Source: an uncultured delta proteobacterium
GTDB lineage: Bacteria; Desulfobacterota; Binatia; Binatales; Binataceae
Length of the DNA stretch: 64,000 nucleotides
Direction: 5' to 3'
NCBI GenBank assembly: GCA_963724765.1
Contig: CAVRVY010000004.1
Span: 832,001 to 896,000 of the forward strand
Part shown: piece by piece, positions 61,680 through 64,000 of the stretch
How the letters are laid out: every line of letters starts with the position of its first letter
How positions within the stretch are numbered: position 1 is the first letter of the stretch
Program-made: the position numbers and the translations under genes
The notes under the pieces: generated by a model
Seen by the model: the letters and a program-made list of their open reading frames with translations, nothing else
What the model was told of the DNA's origin: nothing
Database searches by the model: none

Positions 61680-61967
61680 GTGGCCGCACCGGCATTCGTC
61701 AAAAATCCGAAGTTCATTGGTGGTGTGATCGTCGTCCTGTGGGTCGCCTATGTCGTCTACTGGAACTATCGGCTGACTCCGATCTATATCCAGCTCTTTC
61801 CATTTCTGAAACCCGCGCAACTCAGCGTCTCCTCGGTAATCATCGGCGCCGCGCTCTTCGGATGCCTCGCCACGATTGCGGTTCAGTTCCTGTGGCGCAG
61901 GGGCCGCTCGAAAAACGGCTCAGCCGCATCGACCGCGGCCGCTGACAGCAACAAAACCGTCGCCTGA
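61680..61967 (+). CDS. small two-TM membrane protein (LapA-like)
   Basis: Two TM helices with an intervening N..P..I.LF strand and basic tail; GGAGG RBS. Confidence 0.65.
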   Translation: MAAPAFVKNPKFIGGVIVVLWVAYVVYWNYRLTPIYIQLFPFLKPAQLSVSSVIIGAALFGCLATIAVQFLWRRGRSKNGSAASTAAADSNKTVA

Positions 61968-63145
61968 GCGCCGGCCTTGAGCAGGGTCGCGTCCGACGGG
62001 CCAATCAGCAGCGCGTCGGCGCGCGCGAGCGAGCTCAGGATTCCCGATCCCTGATTGCCGGTCGGCGCAGCGTAAAGGTCGCCGCCCTCGCGCCGCAAGC
62101 GCACGCGCACGAATTCCGTCAGGTCCTTCGCGGTTTTGATATCCTCCGCGCATCGCACCGCCACGCGCGGCAATCCGAGGTCGCGCCGCCCGCCCATCTT
62201 CAGCAGCGCCGGCCGCACATACAGGTAGAAACACACCATCGTCGAGACCGGGTTCCCCGGCAGACCGAAAATCGGACGGCTGCCGACGGTGCCGAACTTG
62301 AGCGGACGTCCGGGCCGCTGCGCCACGCCATGAAAGAGCTGGCGCATGCCCAATTCGTCGAGCGCGCCCTTGACGTGATCGAACTGGCCGACCGACACGC
62401 CGCCGGTCGAGAGCACGGCGTCGAAGGCGAATGCTTCGGTCAGACGGGCGCGTATTTCCTCGGGACGGTCGCGCGCGACTTTCAGGATGACGGGTTCGCC
62501 GCCGGCCTCACGCACCGCGCCCGCGAGCGCGTAGGCGCTGGAGTTGACGATCTGCGCGCCGGTCGGAACTTGGTCGACGTCGACCAGCTCGTCGCCGGTT
62601 GCGACGATCGCGACGCGGGGACCTCGACATACGTCGATCATCGAGCGGTTGAGCGACGCGAGCATCCCTAGGTCGGCCGCGCCCAGCCGCTTGCCGGCTT
62701 CCATCACCAGCTCACCCGCGCGCAGATCCTCGCCGCGCGGGCGGATGAAGTTGCCTCGCGCGGCGGCGGACAGAATCTCGACCCTGTCGCCGCTCGTGCG
62801 CGTCTGTTCGACCGGCACGATCGCGTCGGCGCCCGCGGCCATGGGCGCGCCGGTCATCGTACGCATCGCGGTGCCCGCCTCGACCCGCACCGCCGGCATC
62901 GCACCCGCCGCCACGGTGCCGAGCACGCTGAGCCGCGCCGGACTCGACGCGCTGGCCTGAGCGATGTCAGCGGCGCGCACGGCGTAACCGTCCATCGCGG
63001 AATTGTCGAAGCCAGGAATATCGCGGGGCGCGCGGATTTCCTCGGCGAGCACGCGGCCGAGCGCGGCGAGAATCGGCGTCCGCTCGACGCCGAGCGGCGT
63101 CACGTTTTCGAGCACCAGTTGCAGGGCTTCGTCCGCGCTGATCAT
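61883..63145 (-). CDS. moeA: molybdopterin molybdotransferase MoeA
   Basis: FDNSAMDGYAV, TGDEL, STGGVSVG, RPGRP, LPGNPVS. Confidence 0.95.
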   Translation of the reverse strand: MISADEALQLVLENVTPLGVERTPILAALGRVLAEEIRAPRDIPGFDNSAMDGYAVRAADIAQASASSPARLSVLGTVAAGAMPAVRVEAGTAMRTMTGAPMAAGADAIVPVEQTRTSGDRVEILSAAARGNFIRPRGEDLRAGELVMEAGKRLGAADLGMLASLNRSMIDVCRGPRVAIVATGDELVDVDQVPTGAQIVNSSAYALAGAVREAGGEPVILKVARDRPEEIRARLTEAFAFDAVLSTGGVSVGQFDHVKGALDELGMRQLFHGVAQRPGRPLKFGTVGSRPIFGLPGNPVSTMVCFYLYVRPALLKMGGRRDLGLPRVAVRCAEDIKTAKDLTEFVRVRLRREGGDLYAAPTGNQGSGILSSLARADALLIGPSDATLLKAGAQATVLLLSAAAVDAAEPFFERPLRHRN

Positions 63146-63341
63146 TAATCGAACCTTAACCCGAAACTGAATCGGACCTTAAGATGTTGAGCGAAACTGC
63201 TCAAGTGTCTCGCACCAAAGACCGAAAATCAGGATACGCGGGTTCGCCCGCGATTAGAACCACGGCTGATGCGAGTGCCAGTGCAACAATTGAAATGAGG
63301 CAGGCGCCGACGGAGTAAACGATGCGAACGCGGGCCGGGAT

Positions 63342-64000
63342 TCAGAAGATCTGCATCGCGCCGATATCCCGCGCGTCGGCACTTTCCTGAAGCGGAAGCC
63401 GCAACTCGTAACCCGGGCCCGGCGGGACACGGTTGTGCAGGATGGCCGGGTTGTACTCGCGCAGCACGCTCACGGAGACTCCCGTCTGGCGCGCGACCTG
63501 GGAGAGCGTCGTACCGCCCTTGACCTTGATCGTGCGGAAGCTCTCCGGCTCCGTGTAGTTGACCGGTTCGAGGCCGTAGCGTTCGGGCTGATGGGCGATG
63601 ATCGCGACCGCCATGAAACGGTTGAGGAGCGAGCGGGTATTGTACGGCAGACGCGAGGTCAGGCTGTTGTAGTCTACGCCACGCAGCGAAAAATAGTCGT
63701 TCATCGCCGTTTCGCCCCGGTTCCATCCGACCAACGCCACGCGCCAGTCGCCAACCTCGTTATGCAGAGCGGCCAGGTATTGAGCGGCGGCACGTGTCGA
63801 TTTTATCGGGTCGCGCCGCTCATCGATGTACCGGTCCACCCTGAGATTGAAGCGCCGCGCGGTCGCCACACTAAGCTGCCATGGCCCGGCGCCCTTACTG
63901 GAAAACGAACTTTCGGCGAATGAGAGATAAACCAGGTCCGGCGGCAGGTCGTGGTTTTCCATGACCTTGACCATCATCGGCAGGTACGGACGGCTGCGGC
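63342..64000 (-). CDS. MltD-like lytic transglycosylase with LysM domain (5' truncated by the window)
   Basis: AESSF catalytic Glu, GPWQL, DERRDPIKSTRAAAQYL, WNRGE, LysM-like TLSQVARQTGVSV..YNP. Confidence 0.88.
   Translation of the reverse strand, partial: RSRPYLPMMVKVMENHDLPPDLVYLSFAESSFSSKGAGPWQLSVATARRFNLRVDRYIDERRDPIKSTRAAAQYLAALHNEVGDWRVALVGWNRGETAMNDYFSLRGVDYNSLTSRLPYNTRSLLNRFMAVAIIAHQPERYGLEPVNYTEPESFRTIKVKGGTTLSQVARQTGVSVSVLREYNPAILHNRVPPGPGYELRLPLQESADARDIGAMQIF

Overview
High-GC bacterial chromosomal window with about 55 CDS and no rRNA, tRNA, CRISPR array or transposase that I can see. The gene repertoire (paralogous acyl-CoA dehydrogenases, LLM oxidoreductase, DUF1329, NHL/Pro-Thr surface protein) suggests Candidatus Binatia or a related Desulfobacterota-like lineage; this is inference only. 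Contents: pobA, alpha/beta hydrolases, an ECF sigma/anti-sigma/Spy-like triad, xdhC-mocA, a partial Tad/Flp pilus system split into two clusters, a class III-like PHA synthase cluster with a Crp regulator, an RND pump, CoA-dependent catabolic genes, an ECF transporter, ispF, moeA and mltD. Signals missed by the ORF track: (1) an AhpD/CMD protein split at an in-frame TGA in a CxxU motif, followed by a SECIS-like hairpin, so a probable selenoprotein; it sits in a 2.4-kb AT-richer cassette bracketed by a 41-bp direct repeat. (2) Six sigma54 (-24/-12) promoters, two of which drive possible decoy regulators: an enhancer-binding protein lacking GAFTGA with Walker B DE->DQ, and a stand-alone Fis-HTH protein. 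(3) Two TGTCG-N6-CGACA operators matching the RQ recognition helix of the local Crp protein. (4) A hidden flp pseudogene and a 1-bp frameshift in tadG.
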